A stretch of DNA of 64,000 nt, taken from assembly GCF_008831285.2 (NCBI RefSeq), contig NC_045138.2:18166001-18230000 (forward strand), in the 5' to 3' direction. The notes beneath the pieces were generated by a model. The model saw only the letters and a list, made by a program, of their open reading frames with translations. It had not been told where the DNA came from and did no database searches. Made by a program: the position numbers and the translations under genes. This stretch comes from Nymphaea colorata (Eukaryota). Positions 1 through 12,964 of this stretch are shown piece by piece (the stretch's first letter is position 1; each line of letters starts with the position of its first letter).

Positions 1-248
1 GTTTTTTGATATGAAGGTAGCAACCGACTGCTTCTCCATGCGTGTGCTTTCTCTATCATTTTATTCCTTTATTTCCCGTGGTCACAGATTTGGTTCTCTC
101 TACAGGTTGGTGTGTTATGATAATGGATCATATATTGGTGTTATTTTGTAATTTAATTTGAGCTTAGTGCATGTGGTTGAGCAAGTCTTCACCAGCTATT
201 CTTGTTCTGTAACCAAATGAAACAGCTGATTTTTCTGTTCTTGTGTGA

Positions 249-301
<53 letters not shown>

Positions 302-638
302 CGGGCGAATGGTAATGGCTGTATAACTGCATTTGAATAATTGGTGTTGCTGGCAGCTGATTTCCTCCTTTAAGGTAGCATTTGATTATTTGATGAAAAA
401 ATGTTTGTTATTAAAATCTCTGGTATTTAATACTGGTTCATTTGTAAGGTGGAAATAAAAATTCGAGGTTCCATAACCCCAACGTCTGCAAATACTTGAT
501 ATTTTTCATCCAGACATCATATTTTCATGTTTCATTCAATGCGGTATAAAAATTTGTGGTTGCCTCTTTATTGTTGAAAAAAAAATTACTGTTCGAGTTG
601 ACATTCCGTCCATGCAATTTTGTAGGAACTTTCATGAT

Positions 639-699
639 CAGTGAAGGAGCGACAATGCACCAGGTGTGGGCAACTGCCCACACCAGTCTCTTAAAATTT

Positions 700-785
<86 letters not shown>

Positions 786-859
786 GCCCCACGCCCCCAC
801 CAGATATGAGTATTTTTAAACGAGTGACCCTACAACTAATTTTTCTGGCTCCGTCATTG
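639..859. mobile_element. Small MITE with internal (TA)n
   Basis: Ends CAGTGAAGGAGC / GCTCCGTCATTG are inverted; the homologous site at ~38270 lacks the insert; the inverted copy at ~19473-19731 has it. Confidence 0.7.
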
Positions 860-1414
860 TCGACAATAATCTGGTAACTTCTGCACATGATCACCATATT
901 TAATTATCTTAATTATAAAACAGAAACAATCCCACCCCGCCACAAACAAGAAATTATCAATGGGAGAAAATTTTCACAATCAATTTTAGCACAAATAATT
1001 ACAAACATTTCCATGCCATGCAAAAAGAATTCCGAAGAAAGATTAAACAACAATAACAAGGCCGAATGATAAAACAAAAGAATGTTTTATATCAAAATAG
1101 CTTTTATAAGTATGTTAACATGTTTCTATTTCATTTGAACTAATTTTTTCAAAAAAAAATTAAAGGGTCTAGTTTTTATCCCCGACCTAAGTGTCTGGCT
1201 TCTACCAGTTTCTTTGAATATATGAGTGATTAGTAGGAGCCAGACCAATAAGCCACGGACAAAAACCAAGCCCATTAAATATTATATTTAAAGTGATTTT
1301 TTTAAAATCTAGCCTTACCAATATAACCTTAAGTATAAGTTGATGCGAAATATATATTAAGTTGATAATTGTTGTGTTTTTACTAGTGTTTTTATGATGA
1401 GCAAGAATGAATGG

Positions 1415-1468
<54 letters not shown>

Positions 1469-1867
1469 ACATAGGAATATAGATACAAAAGATATCAGTC
1501 ATTTCTCTCCCTCCTTCCACACACGCCCACACACACACACACAAAACACCAATCCCTTTGTTCTTAATACTTTTACTTTCTCCTGTTAACCTTATCACGG
1601 ATCTTTAAATCTAAAATATCGTGAACTTATAAAAAAAGATGTTTTTTAATATCCAGATACAATTTTGTATGATTTTAATTTGCTTTCATCATTTTGGTTT
1701 AACACATCCAACACGTATAGATATGTGCAATGTGCCCAATTTCAACCTGGTGTTCTGTATATAAAAAAGAAAAACAATGAAATCAAGTGAAGAAATATAT
1801 ATCTATGTAGCTTCTTAACAAATAAAATTATCAGGTTATTTGAAAGGGGAAAAAAAGGAGATTAAGG

Positions 1868-2305
1868 TAAGGATGCCAACAAATCCGATTTTGATTGGGT
1901 ATATCCGACCAAACTGTTCCAAAAAAAAATTGGATATGGAAAAACATTTAATATCTATTTAAAAAATCAGATCCGATTCGGATTTGAGAAATGACATCTG
2001 ATTGAAATCGGATATATATAAATATCTGATGGGATTTAGATATGGATTTGGATTGGATTTATGTTTAAACAAATACCTTATATCTAATTCTCTTACACTT
2101 TGAATGTAGGCCAAATTTGGTTAAAAAATTTGGATTTGGATGTTTATATCAAAAATTGGATTATGATTGTAAAATTGGATTTCAGATATGACTTTTCTTT
2201 GTTTGCATTTGAATCTGAATTTGAATTCGAGTGTGTGAACATCTAATAAAATGGATACAGTCGATGGTATATATCTCATTCGAATCCGATCCGTTGACAT
2301 CCCCA
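1868..2305. mobile_element. hAT-type MITE (TAGGGATGTCAA TIR family, GGATT/AATCC-rich interior)
   Basis: TAAGGATGCCAA...TTGACATCCCCA; paralogue of 17972-18358 and 39265-39704. Confidence 0.8.
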
Positions 2306-2457
2306 TATTATAGACATCAAAGATCAACAAATAATATTGAATAGAAAAATGGGGAAAGTATTTTTTTTCAAAAGGCATGATCGAGGTGGACATGATTTCC
2401 AATAAAAAAAAATTATGAGAAATTGATTTAGTATAAAATCAGTTAAATTGTTTGTCA

Positions 2458-2511
<54 letters not shown>

Positions 2512-2730
2512 TTGGAGTCCACTTCCTTGCATGTGTGTGTGTGTGTGTCTAATCAAACTTTAAAGAAATTCACCGTCCAACTCCCAAGTACCGCTTGTGC
2601 TACTATTCACAAATCTAATTACATAAGAACTAAAAAACTCCTCCTTTCCCTCGCCAATAGGCATGGAGTTCCATTTGTGTTTGAGGTAGCAACAACACTA
2701 TCAATTATGTACCTCGCACCACCTCATATG

Positions 2731-3158
2731 TAGGGATGTCAATGTATTTGATTTGGATCAGATGTCCAACAGAACCATTCCAAAAAAACTGGATATGAAG
2801 GAAAATTTAATAGCTGATTAAAAAACCAGATCATATTTGGATTTAAGAAATGACATTTGATTGGATTCAAATACAGATTCAGATATAAACGAATATCCTA
2901 TTAGATACAGATTCAGATTGAATTATTTATTTTTAAACATACATCTCATATCCGAAACTCTTACATTTTAAAAGTTGGCCAAATTTGGTTTTCCGATTCG
3001 GTTATAAATGTAAAATTCAGATTACGAAATTGGATTTTGGGTTCGAATTCAGATGTGACTTTTCTTAGTACGTATTAGAATGCAAGTTTGTGAATATCTG
3101 CAAAAGCGGATATGGTTAAGGGTTTATTTGAGTTGAATTCGATCAGTTGATGCCCATA
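2731..3158. mobile_element. hAT-type MITE (TAGGGATGTCAA TIR family)
   Basis: TIRs plus degenerate 8-bp TSD CTCATATG/CTCATACA; empty-site-like CCCTCATATG at ~20516 and ~31314; paralogues 17118-17534 and 40220-40668. Confidence 0.8.
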
Positions 3159-3270
3159 CTCATACACCACAGAGATGTAATGCTAGTTAATAATGGAAGA
3201 CCTCATTCACATAAAGTTTAAACAACCATGTTAAGCCCATTAGAACAGTAAATAAAGGTAAAACTAAAAG

Positions 3271-3589
3271 ATAATTTATGAATATTTTCATTTAGAAATG
3301 AAATCTTATTAAAATTGGAAATGAAAAGGTAAGAATAGAACATAATTTCTGAATTTGTTCATTTAGGAAAGAAATCTTATTACACATTGGAAATAAAATA
3401 TATAGGATTAAAAATAATTTATTAGTCTTTCATTTAAGTTAAGAAATCTTATTGACAATTGGAATTCAACAATCTTGTGACACATATATAAAATGGAAAA
3501 TCCGCCCTAGACACCACCACTATTCACTGGGATTATAGAGAATCCCAAGCTTCTTTGGGCATTCATCCGTAGATCTACTCCATTCTCCC
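3271..3589 (+). promoter_or_regulatory. Promoter-like cassette copy 1: 3x ~70-bp repeat + TATA (3485-3493) + conserved leader
   Basis: Three units of ATAATTTATGAA..TTTCATTTAGGAAAGAAATCTTATT..AATTGGAA, then TATATAAAA, then leader CACCACTATT..GATAGAGAATCCCAAGCTTCT; promoter function is inferred. Confidence 0.5.
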
Positions 3590-5444
3590 TTTAAATATTA
3601 TATTTAAAGTGTCTTTTTGAAATCTAACCTTACCAATGTGATCTTAAAGATAGGTTGATGCACAATATATAGTACGTTGATTTTTTTTTGTTTTAATTGC
3701 GTTTTATAATAAGCAAAAATGAATTGCTCTCAAAGCATGAACATTGGTAAAGGAAATCGATATTAAAACAACTAGATTCAAAACATGTTTTATATCAAAA
3801 TAATTTTCATAAATATATTAGGATGTTTATCTTTTATGTAAGATAACTTTTGAGCAAAATAGTACTCATGTCTATGCTGAGGCGGCTGTCTAGTTTAATT
3901 GAGCCTGGTTTCTTTAGTGTAGTGCGCCTCCTTATGTCTTGTTCCACCGTCCTTATGGGCCTCTCGCAGCAAGATATTGAGGCGCTATAGCCTTGACACC
4001 ACCGTTGGGTTTCAGATGAGGAAGGGCACTCTCACTGGCGTACTTGCCATATTGTTTTCGTCTCCCAAAAAGGTTAACAGGCTATGCTTGTTGGATTGCC
4101 AAGTCTTGCCAACCAAGCTTGTGGTATTGGTTTCGCCATCGGAATTTTATAGTGCCAAATTGGGTGTTTCTAATTATTGAATACGATTCATGCCAATGTT
4201 GGGGTTTTAGGTTGTTGGATTTGGATAATAACATGTAAGGGTTTTAGGTATTAAATTTATGGTAAGATGTGCTTTTTTGATTGGTATGCCATGATATTGT
4301 ATGGAGTTCTCATTGTTGATTGTGTGTTTTATATAGGAAGACGCCTGGGTTATGCATTCGTTTGCTTTTGTTGGTGCCGTTTTGGGAGCTGTAGTTATTT
4401 GGTTTGGTTAATGCCCTGGTTGGGATTCTACTTGTCAAGTGCATCACAGGCTAAAGATGCTATGCAAGTGTAAAAACCTTAGCGTTAATCATCTAAGGGC
4501 CGATGAATGATTGAATAACATCATGGCCTAGATATAGAAACTCAGCATATTTTCCTTTCTGTTGTATAATGTGTAGACAACGTAATGGCTTTCTTTTTCT
4601 CTTTTTGTCTCTCAACGACAGTGGGCTGTGTATTCAGCGATGGAGAAAAAGAAATGCAGCTTTTTATATTATTATAAATGCCCAAGGTTATGCACTTTTA
4701 AGGGAGGATTAAATTTAACTACACTAAATAATATTGATATAAAATTAAATATCACATTGAAATAAGCTGAAGGTAAACAATATGCACTTATGTTTAAAAT
4801 TGAAATCTTTGGGATGCATATGTCTCCCATGATTAAAAATTAAAACTTTATAACTAAAAACACCAGAAATTGTTTGCACCATTAGACATCTCAAATGATG
4901 GGATTGCACCGAAGTTCATTACCCTAATATTTTCTTTTTCAAAGAACTAAAGATAAACTTGAGGACGATATCTACTAATAAATATAAAAGAGCTACTTCC
5001 CGCTCACCACAAAAGTTGTCCCCGTAGCTTGACCGTAGAAAAGCAAAGGCGACTCCGAAGCGCGAGCAGGATTAAATTTCATCTCAAATTTGACCGTAGA
5101 AAAACTGAGAAGACCTTAGCATATTATATCAAGCGGTATTCATCTCACGGATACCAATAGCTTCTTCTGGCGTTTAATTAAAAGTAGGAGACCAGCCTTA
5201 TTGGTTGGTGGCAGCGAAGCAGTAGTGCTCTCTTCCCATTTACTATTTCTGAACGAGGTGGCGCATGAGAGGGAGGGAGAAAGAGATACCGCCGTCGGCC
5301 ATCTTCATGTTGTTGTCAAGAGTTATATCACATGTTTTCCAGAGTTTACCAGAATTAAGTTTTCCTAGCCCAAGAAAAAGGAACAGCGTATAGATTAAGT
5401 TATTAAATTTAGTAGCTTGTTTTAACTGTGGCCATGATCAACAA

Positions 5445-5940
5445 ATATGTGCAAATATGATAGATGAGTTGTGGAAGCAAGCTGGTTCTTATTGTCGTCA
5501 ACTTAGGGGGGGAGAACCTTAGCTCCCCATTTCAAATTGGAAGCTTTCACCTCACTTCAAGAAATATTTAGTTGCTTAACCAGATTTGACATGACAGATG
5601 CAAAGAATTAAGAGGGTCAAAGCAATTTCTTTTCTCGAAGCAATCTCTTTTATGTTGCTAAACTAGTGAGCTTAGGGGGAGATCTACATTGTCTATCAGA
5701 AATCATAAACCTCAATCTGATGGAGATAGAGCTACCACGGTTTATTTAGTTGAACTCAGGATTAGGGATACTAGCTTGTTGATTTTGTAGGAAATTTTGA
5801 TCTTTTACGATGAATGAGTCTTCTTTTAAAGGGCATGAAGTATTAATGCCACTACTGGCGTGGTTCCAAGAAGTTACTTCCCGCTCAGGACAATAAGAAC
5901 CAGCTTGCTTCCGCAACTCATCTATCATATTTGCGCATAT
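5445..5940 (+). repeat. Inverted repeat, 52-bp arms (5445-5496 / 5889-5940)
   Basis: Arms differ at two positions, both G:U-compatible on the + strand. Confidence 0.85.
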
Positions 5941-6370
5941 GGCCTGTTATTGTTGACTTGCACCAGAATATTCTGTTTCAGTCGCTTCTCATCTCATTGA
6001 CAATTGTGTTTTCTACAAAAGCCATGTAAGATGCTTTTGCATAAGATGATAGTTGTTGGTGTCCTTAAATCTATTTGCATAAGATGATAGTTGTTGGTGT
6101 CCTTAAATCTTTTCTACCGTCACTGATTCGATCCGTTGCTTGCAGAAAGTGAATAGGATATGAAATAATATATTTAAAATGACTGTATTCATTGTATGTC
6201 TTCATTAGAAGAGCGTAAGGTTATGATTCCGCTTATAAGTTAAATACCTAGGCCTTTGAGCCAAATAATAACTTCAAAAGCTTATATTTATTACTCCCCA
6301 CAAGCATCCGAGTATGTGGAGTTTCAAGCCTACACCTAGAAGTTTGGATTAACATTTTCTATTTTTATTA

Positions 6371-7690
6371 AAAAAAATGCTATTTTAAACTACATTCACT
6401 TTTTATGTTTTTACTAATATACCCTTCTCAGTGCGACGGTTGAACAAAAAGGGAATTTTTGTTACCCTTTAAATACTCGCTGGTTTTCGCCAACCTTTCC
6501 AAAAATTAAAAAAAAGAAAAACTTTTCAACCAAAGAATGATTATAATAGAAAAAACGAAATGCAGCTTTTTATATTATTAGAAATGCCCAAGGTTGTGCA
6601 CTTTTAAGCGAGGATTAAATTTAACTACACTAAATAATATTGATATAAAATTAAATATCACATTGAAATAAGCTGAAGGTAAACTATATTCATTTATTTT
6701 TAAAATCTAAATCTTTGGGATGCATATGTCTCCCATGATTAAAAATTAAAACGCTATAGAAATCAAATGGGAGAGGGAGGAGTCCGACCTTTTAAATCTA
6801 TGAAAAGATCTCAAATCATCGTGAATCTCATAACACAACCTAAAGTTTTGAAAATTTAGTATCACGATAAGCCTTTGTCTTACTCTTTTTTTTCTTTTTC
6901 ATATACATATGATGATATGGAAAATGTATAGTGGTGCTTTATTAAAAAGACAGCAAAGGACTTACATGACAGCACATCATCAAGAAAAAGCTTTTATTGT
7001 TATGGCGACCCACCAATGAGTATGTGCCTTTAAAAAACGCAAAAAAAAAAAGGAACAGACTCATTAGTGGGTCGCCATAACAATAAAAGCTTTTTCTTGA
7101 TGATGTGCGGTCATGCAAGTGTTTTGCTGTCTTCTTAATAAAGCACCAGGTTATATTTTCCATATCGTCATATGTATATGAAAAAGAAAAAAAGAGTAAG
7201 ACAAAGGCTTAACATGATACTAAATTTTAAGTTGTGTTATGAGATCCACGGTGATTTGAGATCCTTTCATATATTTAAGGTCAGACTCCTCCCTCTTCCA
7301 TTTGATTTTAAATCCATGGTTTCATAGACATATGCATCCCAAAGATTTATATTTTAAGAATCAGTGCATATAGTTTACCTTCAGCTTATTTCAATGTGAT
7401 ATTTAATTTTATATCAATATTATTTAGTATAGTTAAATTTAATCCTCGCTTAAAAGTGCATAACCTTGGGCATTTTTTATAATATAAAAAGCTGCATTTC
7501 TTTTTTTCTATTATAATCGATTCTTTGGTTGAAAGTTTTTCTTTTTTTTAATTTTTGGAAAGGTTGGCGAAAACCAGCGAGTATTTTAAGGGTAACAAAA
7601 ATTCCATTTTAAATGTTCAATTCTCGCATTGGGAGGGGTATATTAGTAAACACATAAAAAAGTGCATGTAGTTTAAAATAGCATTTTTTT
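6371..7690. repeat. Long fold-back inverted repeat, ~650-bp arms, ~37-nt loop
   Basis: 6371-7021 is the reverse complement of ~7059-7690 (e.g. TTGTTATGGCGACCCAC / GTGGGTCGCCATAACAA); may be MULE-TIR derived. Confidence 0.9.
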
Positions 7691-10349
7691 TCATATCAAA
7701 TTTATGTAGACATAAAAAAGGGGCACCAGATTCACTAACTCCAATTGCCAAAGTTTGTTGTTTTTCTTCGAATGTTTCTTTTTTGGCTTCTATGACGTTT
7801 TAAGTGGTTCGTACCATTACAACTATGTCATCTAAATCGTTCACTACAATGATTACATTTTGCATACTCTTTTTCTTTAAATTGTACAAATGTGAAGTCA
7901 TTACATACTTCTAAAGTTCTTTTCCTCTTGGATTCAACTTCATTTGTTGTAGATAAAAACGATTCATTCTCCTCTATATCTGCCATCAGATGATATTCTT
8001 CATTCCAAGAGTGGAAAGACATAACTTACTATTTGAATGAAACCCAAACAACCTAAGCACATGAAATGATTCAACTCTTAAAAACGAAATGATTTAATTT
8101 TAAGCAGCATAGAAGTAATCTAATATGTAGGGAAGTTATGCAGTATTTAGAGTCAACAATGCATTTTTATCTTTAGCAACTTCCACTACAGGTCATTTTA
8201 TAGTTTTCAGGAAACTTCTTAATCAGCACAAGTCACTTGGTATTACTATTCTCAAGCCACATATAGAACATTAAGAACATGAATCAGTAAAGTCATTGAT
8301 TAGTATTTGGAGCTTACTATTGTCATCAAGCCTCTTGACAAAACATTCAAAACATGATCCACAAATTATATGTATATTTTCGGTGTAAATGAAAATTCAC
8401 CTTCAAAGACCAAAAAAGACATTTTTCAATTAAAATGAACATAGGACAGTAGGATGCTTTCCAAATATGCATCATACTGGGGGGCCAAAACATAAAAATA
8501 TGCAACTCAAAAGTTTATGAATCCATCCTGGAAGAACTTTCACGTAAGAAAACGTATGTGAATGACAATAATGTCAATATAGAGATCCGTAGTTTAGAGT
8601 CATCAGACAGAATCTAAAACCAATATTTGGTCGTTAAACCAGTCCAATGAATTAGGCCATCAACTATGAAATAAAAGACAAACAAAAGTTCAAAAATGAA
8701 ATGTTCGCGTGAAGCAATAAGCTATTAAAAACAAGTCATTCACTAATTACATAATAAGTGATGAGTTGCTCAAGAAATGTCGATAAAGCTAAAATAGTAG
8801 TACACCCAAAATGCCATCAAATCAACTAATAAAAAAGCAATAATTATGATCAGACCAACCAATAAATAAAAAAATATTACCTGAATGCAAAGTATAGCAG
8901 TAAGTTGTTGCTTAAAGAGCATAGTAGGATATAATGCCTCTACATGAAATGCACAATCACAAGTTCAATTAAGTAGCAAAGGACTAGCACTTGAAGGAGA
9001 TTTGAAGCTCTGCGAAATTGAAAAGAAATCATATTCAGCAAGGTGAGGCAAAGTAAGTCTAGCAGTAAGAAGGTGTAACAGCTCTAGAGGCCACTCTTTG
9101 CGTAAGAACTGGGACAATTGTACCTTGTTTCACTTATTTTATAGCACTATTTAAGCACTATGCTTGTCCAATTAGAGATTCAACTTCCCGTTGGTAGTGC
9201 TCTGATGCAGATTGAGTGTGAGACAGCGCTATGACAAAATGGCCAATGAAAGAAGTCAGACCATAATCAAAATGGCCAATGAAAATCTTTTATTTGAATT
9301 ACCACACAAGCGCTAAGACATGTTGCTGTAAAACAACTGAAAAATCAAGTAATTTTTATAATGCAAGAAATTCCCATGAGGGTTCTGACTACATTATTAT
9401 ATTCAAATGTGCAACATTAACAAAACTAACATAAACAAGAAGACAAGCTACCCAAGAACCAAATGGTCAGAAAAAAAATACAGTAATAATTCACGGCTTT
9501 GACAACAGACTGCAAAACACACGAATTTATTTGAATTAGGTCATTAACTATGGCTTAAAGAGTATAGCTTGATATCGTGCGTCTACATGAAATGAAATGA
9601 CGAGTTCCATTAAGCAGCAAAGAACCAGCATTTGAAGGAGATTTGAAGCTCTGCGAAATTGGAAAAAAATCATATTACATGACTTCGACAGCATACTGCA
9701 AACCACACGAATTCAACTCTTTCCTACATTATTATGTTCAAATATGCAACCTTAACAAAACTAACATAAACAAGAAGACAGAAGCTACCCAAGAACCAAA
9801 TGGTCAGACAAAAAAGATACAGTAATAATACACTGCTTCGACAGCAGACTGCAAACCACAAGAATTTTCCCAAAAGGCAGTCCGAATGCTACAAAAATCG
9901 AGTTAAAACTTAAAACGCACAGCAGTCGAACGGTCATTGATATTCTAGATGGATTTACCACCGGAGGGTGAACAGAGATGGTGGACAGTGATGACTGATG
10001 ATCGAACGGTCGAACCCCAAAGCTGCACAGTCGTGGCGGACCGGAAGTCCACGGCAGCTATGGCAGACTGGCGGCGGTGCGGTGACGACGGTGGTGGCAG
10101 TGGCTCAACTCTCTCTTTCCAAACAAAAACCCTAATGCATCCAGATGTTTTTGGAAGTTGGAAGGTGATTAAAGTTATCGGGCCAAACGGGCCCGAACCG
10201 GCCAATTTGGTTAACTCGAACCCGGCCCGTTATTATGTCGGGCCGGCCGGGCACAATGGGTTAAAGCTCGATACTAAAAATATTGGCCCGAACCTGGTCC
10301 CAGAGTGGGCCGGGTACTGGTACTCGGTAGGGGCCTGGCCTGGCGCCTA
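7691..10349 (-). mobile_element. Truncated hAT (Ac/RICESLEEPER-like) element, 5' part only
   Basis: BED-finger start (KRTLEVCNDF..AKCNHC) at 7828-8022, CCGG/GGCCC-rich subterminal region, end TAGGCGCC at 10349; paralogue of 48350-51059. Confidence 0.85.
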
Positions 10350-10350
10350 G

Positions 10351-10395
10351 CCCTACCTACACCTGCTCGACTTGCTTCGGTCCAGTGGGGAATAA
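10351..10395 (+). pseudogene. 3' tail remnant of a LIFEGUARD/BI1-like gene abutting the hAT end
   Basis: PYLHLLDLLRSSGE* matches FLHLLDLLGSSGE* of the fragment at 43263-43469; same remnant at 51061-51105. Confidence 0.7.
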
Positions 10396-10536
10396 GTGTG
10401 GAAATGCTTTGATATATTTGACTTTATATATGTATACAACTCTACGTAGCTTCAAAAGGCATGATCAAGGTGGATTGATTTTCGATAAAAAGAATTATGA
10501 CAAATTTATTTAGTATAAAATCAATTGAATTGTTTG

Positions 10537-10581
<45 letters not shown>

Positions 10582-11354
10582 TATAGAATAACTTGAAGCT
10601 GTGTGTAATTACACTTTAATCAGATTCACTTTTATCTGACCTAATTATCAGATTCACTTTTATCTGACCTAATTAAGCCGTCCAACTCCCCTTGTATTGT
10701 ATCCCTTCCCCAATAAGACACAGAGCTGCATCCATATTTATACATCACAAACTTTTGTTTGCATAATAAAATAGAAAGAGTAGGAGGGAGAGATCCTAAA
10801 TATGAGGTACTGTTAGAACAGGGACTCGTGACCCGTCATCATCCGTTTGTAAGTTGCCGTGTCAGCATTATTCCGGGGCCGCCGCTCTAGGGCTTCAAAC
10901 AGATCAGATCCACTTTCTGACCATTGGTTTCGGATCGCACCGGTTCACAAACTTGAACGTTTCAGCTCAACCAAATCCAAATCCAAGTAGACGAGGTGCC
11001 TGGGTCTTGGATACAGGTGTAGATCCAGATCCAAATCATGATGAGATTACGGATTACATAGAGATGCCGGATGCGTGCCCCCAGGTAGCCCTGAAATCTC
11101 GGATGCCTGCACGCACATGGAACCGAACCGCTATTGGTTGGTAGCCGCTCTCCCCGATAACTATGTGATGTGGCAATGAGATAGCCGCCTCCTCCTTTCC
11201 CACCTTCTCATTTATAACCTTTCCCCACAATTTGTGGGAATAGCCGCACCTTCTTCTATTTCTAAATATTGATTTTCCCTGTAAATGGGGATGCTCACGT
11301 AATGGATCCAAGTAGGGGCTGTGACACATGATGTCTAAGAAATGTGACACCCTG

Positions 11355-12198
11355 TGCTCTTGAAACTATGGCTGATTAGTTTGAATATGAATACCACAAT
11401 TTCCGAAAGCTTGGGTGTTGTTCATCGTATCCTGTTCATGTCACGCCCCAAATCCGTCTTCGGTTATGTCACGCAAGTCTTCACTCTTTCACCCAAACGC
11501 CCCAAAAGGTAGGAAAAAAATTTTTGGGGTCCGCTAGAGTTTTTGACACCAATTGACCATGGTGTACCTAATGATCAACTCCCCCACAAAAAAAAAAATT
11601 CAAATGTAACAAAGACTGGAGTGGAGCCTTTGACAATTTTAAATTCATTTAAGAAAACACAAGCAGCCGTGAACGATTGTTATTGTTATGTTTCAAACTA
11701 CGTCTCAAGGGCAGCCGCTTTTATGAAAGAGAAAGGAGCCATTTGACCCAAAAACAAGATTTCTCGCACTAGCCAACAGCTAGCGGTATGCTTGGGCATT
11801 AGGCCTCACGTGGCATAGAAATTGAGCACCTCGTCAGCTCGGGTGAACCCGATTCAATTTAATTAAGTCAGATAATTTATATTTATTAAATTTTTATTAC
11901 TAATATATATAATTATATATTTTTTATTATAATTAAATTACATTTATATATTTTTTGTGCTTAAAATATATTTTGAATATTAATTTTAAAGAATTTAAAT
12001 TTTCCAAAAACTCTATCTCTGCTACATTTGTTTTTTTTTTTTTTTTTCTTTTGGGGTGATCAATGGGTACTCAATGCTCTCTTTGACTTTAATCCCTTTA
12101 CTTGGATTTTAATGTGTACGATTCCATATAGTTACCCAAGACATTGCCCTTGTTGGTAGGAACCCGTCTTTTTAATTTGGGTTGGTAGAACTCGTCAT

Positions 12199-12241
<43 letters not shown>

Positions 12242-12720
12242 CAATCCATTTTTGCCTTTCATCTCTTCCCTTTCTCTTCCAAGCCGCATGTCAATTCCTA
12301 TTTAATTTTTGTGGTCCCTACTCTACCATGTGAGCGGTCTTTTCTCCATTCCCCATTCTGTTGACCGAGCCGGCCCCCATTAGGTACCAGTACCTGGCCC
12401 CGTCGTTACCGGTCCTCTGCCCAGTCGGGTGTGGGTTCGGGGGCTCGATGCTTCGGCTCGGGTCCGACCGGAGCCGATCCAACCCTGTAATATATTTAAA
12501 AATTATTTTTTTATTATTTTTTAATTTAATAATATGTATTTCCCTCCCTCTTTCCACTCCGACTTGACTTGGCCCACCCGACCTCACCCACGCAGCCGTC
12601 TCTCTATCTCCCCCGCTTCCCTTGCCTTATGTCGGTCAGACAACTTCTCTTCAAAGGTCTGTCCCGTGCATCAACTGTCCAATGCACATTATCAGCCCCA
12701 TGCGTGTTGTACGACTTCTT
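11355..12720 (+). repeat. Duplicated block (paralogue 56835-58328; partial copies ~15110-15730 and ~60225-61040) containing a ~500-bp TIR-bounded element and a GC-rich MITE-like segment
   Basis: Near-identical sequence; internal ~90-bp inverted arms at 11563-11655 / 11985-12070 (GTACC..TGATCA / TGATCAATGGGTAC). Confidence 0.8.
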
Positions 12721-12964
12721 TTGACCATGCAGGTGAATTGCAAGCACTAGTAGGGGGAACACCCACAAATGGAAGGAGAAACGGTTCCAAGTGCAATCCG
12801 CTGATGATACATTTCAATCTACATAGACTCTTAGCAGCGGTGATACTTTTTCTCTTCCTATATAGGAGATATAATGCTGGCTAATAATAGAGGACCTCAT
12901 TCACCAAAAGCTTAAACAACTAAGTTAAGCCATTGAGGACAGTAAATAAGGGTAAAACTAAAAG

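Larger units (their letters stand above)
1..3920 (+). repeat. Segmental duplication module, copy A (direct paralogue of ~37048-41460; inverted paralogue at ~16730-20340)
   Basis: Window start GTTTTTTGATATGAAGGTAGCAAC recurs at 37048; the same order of MITEs, TA tracts and promoter cassette follows in both. Confidence 0.9.

Noticed and set aside
556..897. ORFs with YIYIYI/CVCVCV runs (also ~19430-19661, 21372-21603, 38646-38955 etc.)
   Set aside because: Translations of (TA)n and (TG)n microsatellites
1165..1273. ~110-nt hairpin conserved at ~19065 and ~38580
   Set aside because: Arms look like the CTGGCT(T/C)C..ACCA / GGAGCCAG termini of two adjacent MITEs; conservation is explained by module duplication
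3271..3470. Regularly spaced repeats as a CRISPR-like array
   Set aside because: Eukaryotic context; contiguous degenerate tandem units without unique spacers; no cas genes
9945..10350. GC-rich ORFs (also 12318-12884, 50714-51040, 57886-58432)
   Set aside because: Lie in transposon subterminal or MITE sequence; no recognisable domain, and frames differ between paralogues
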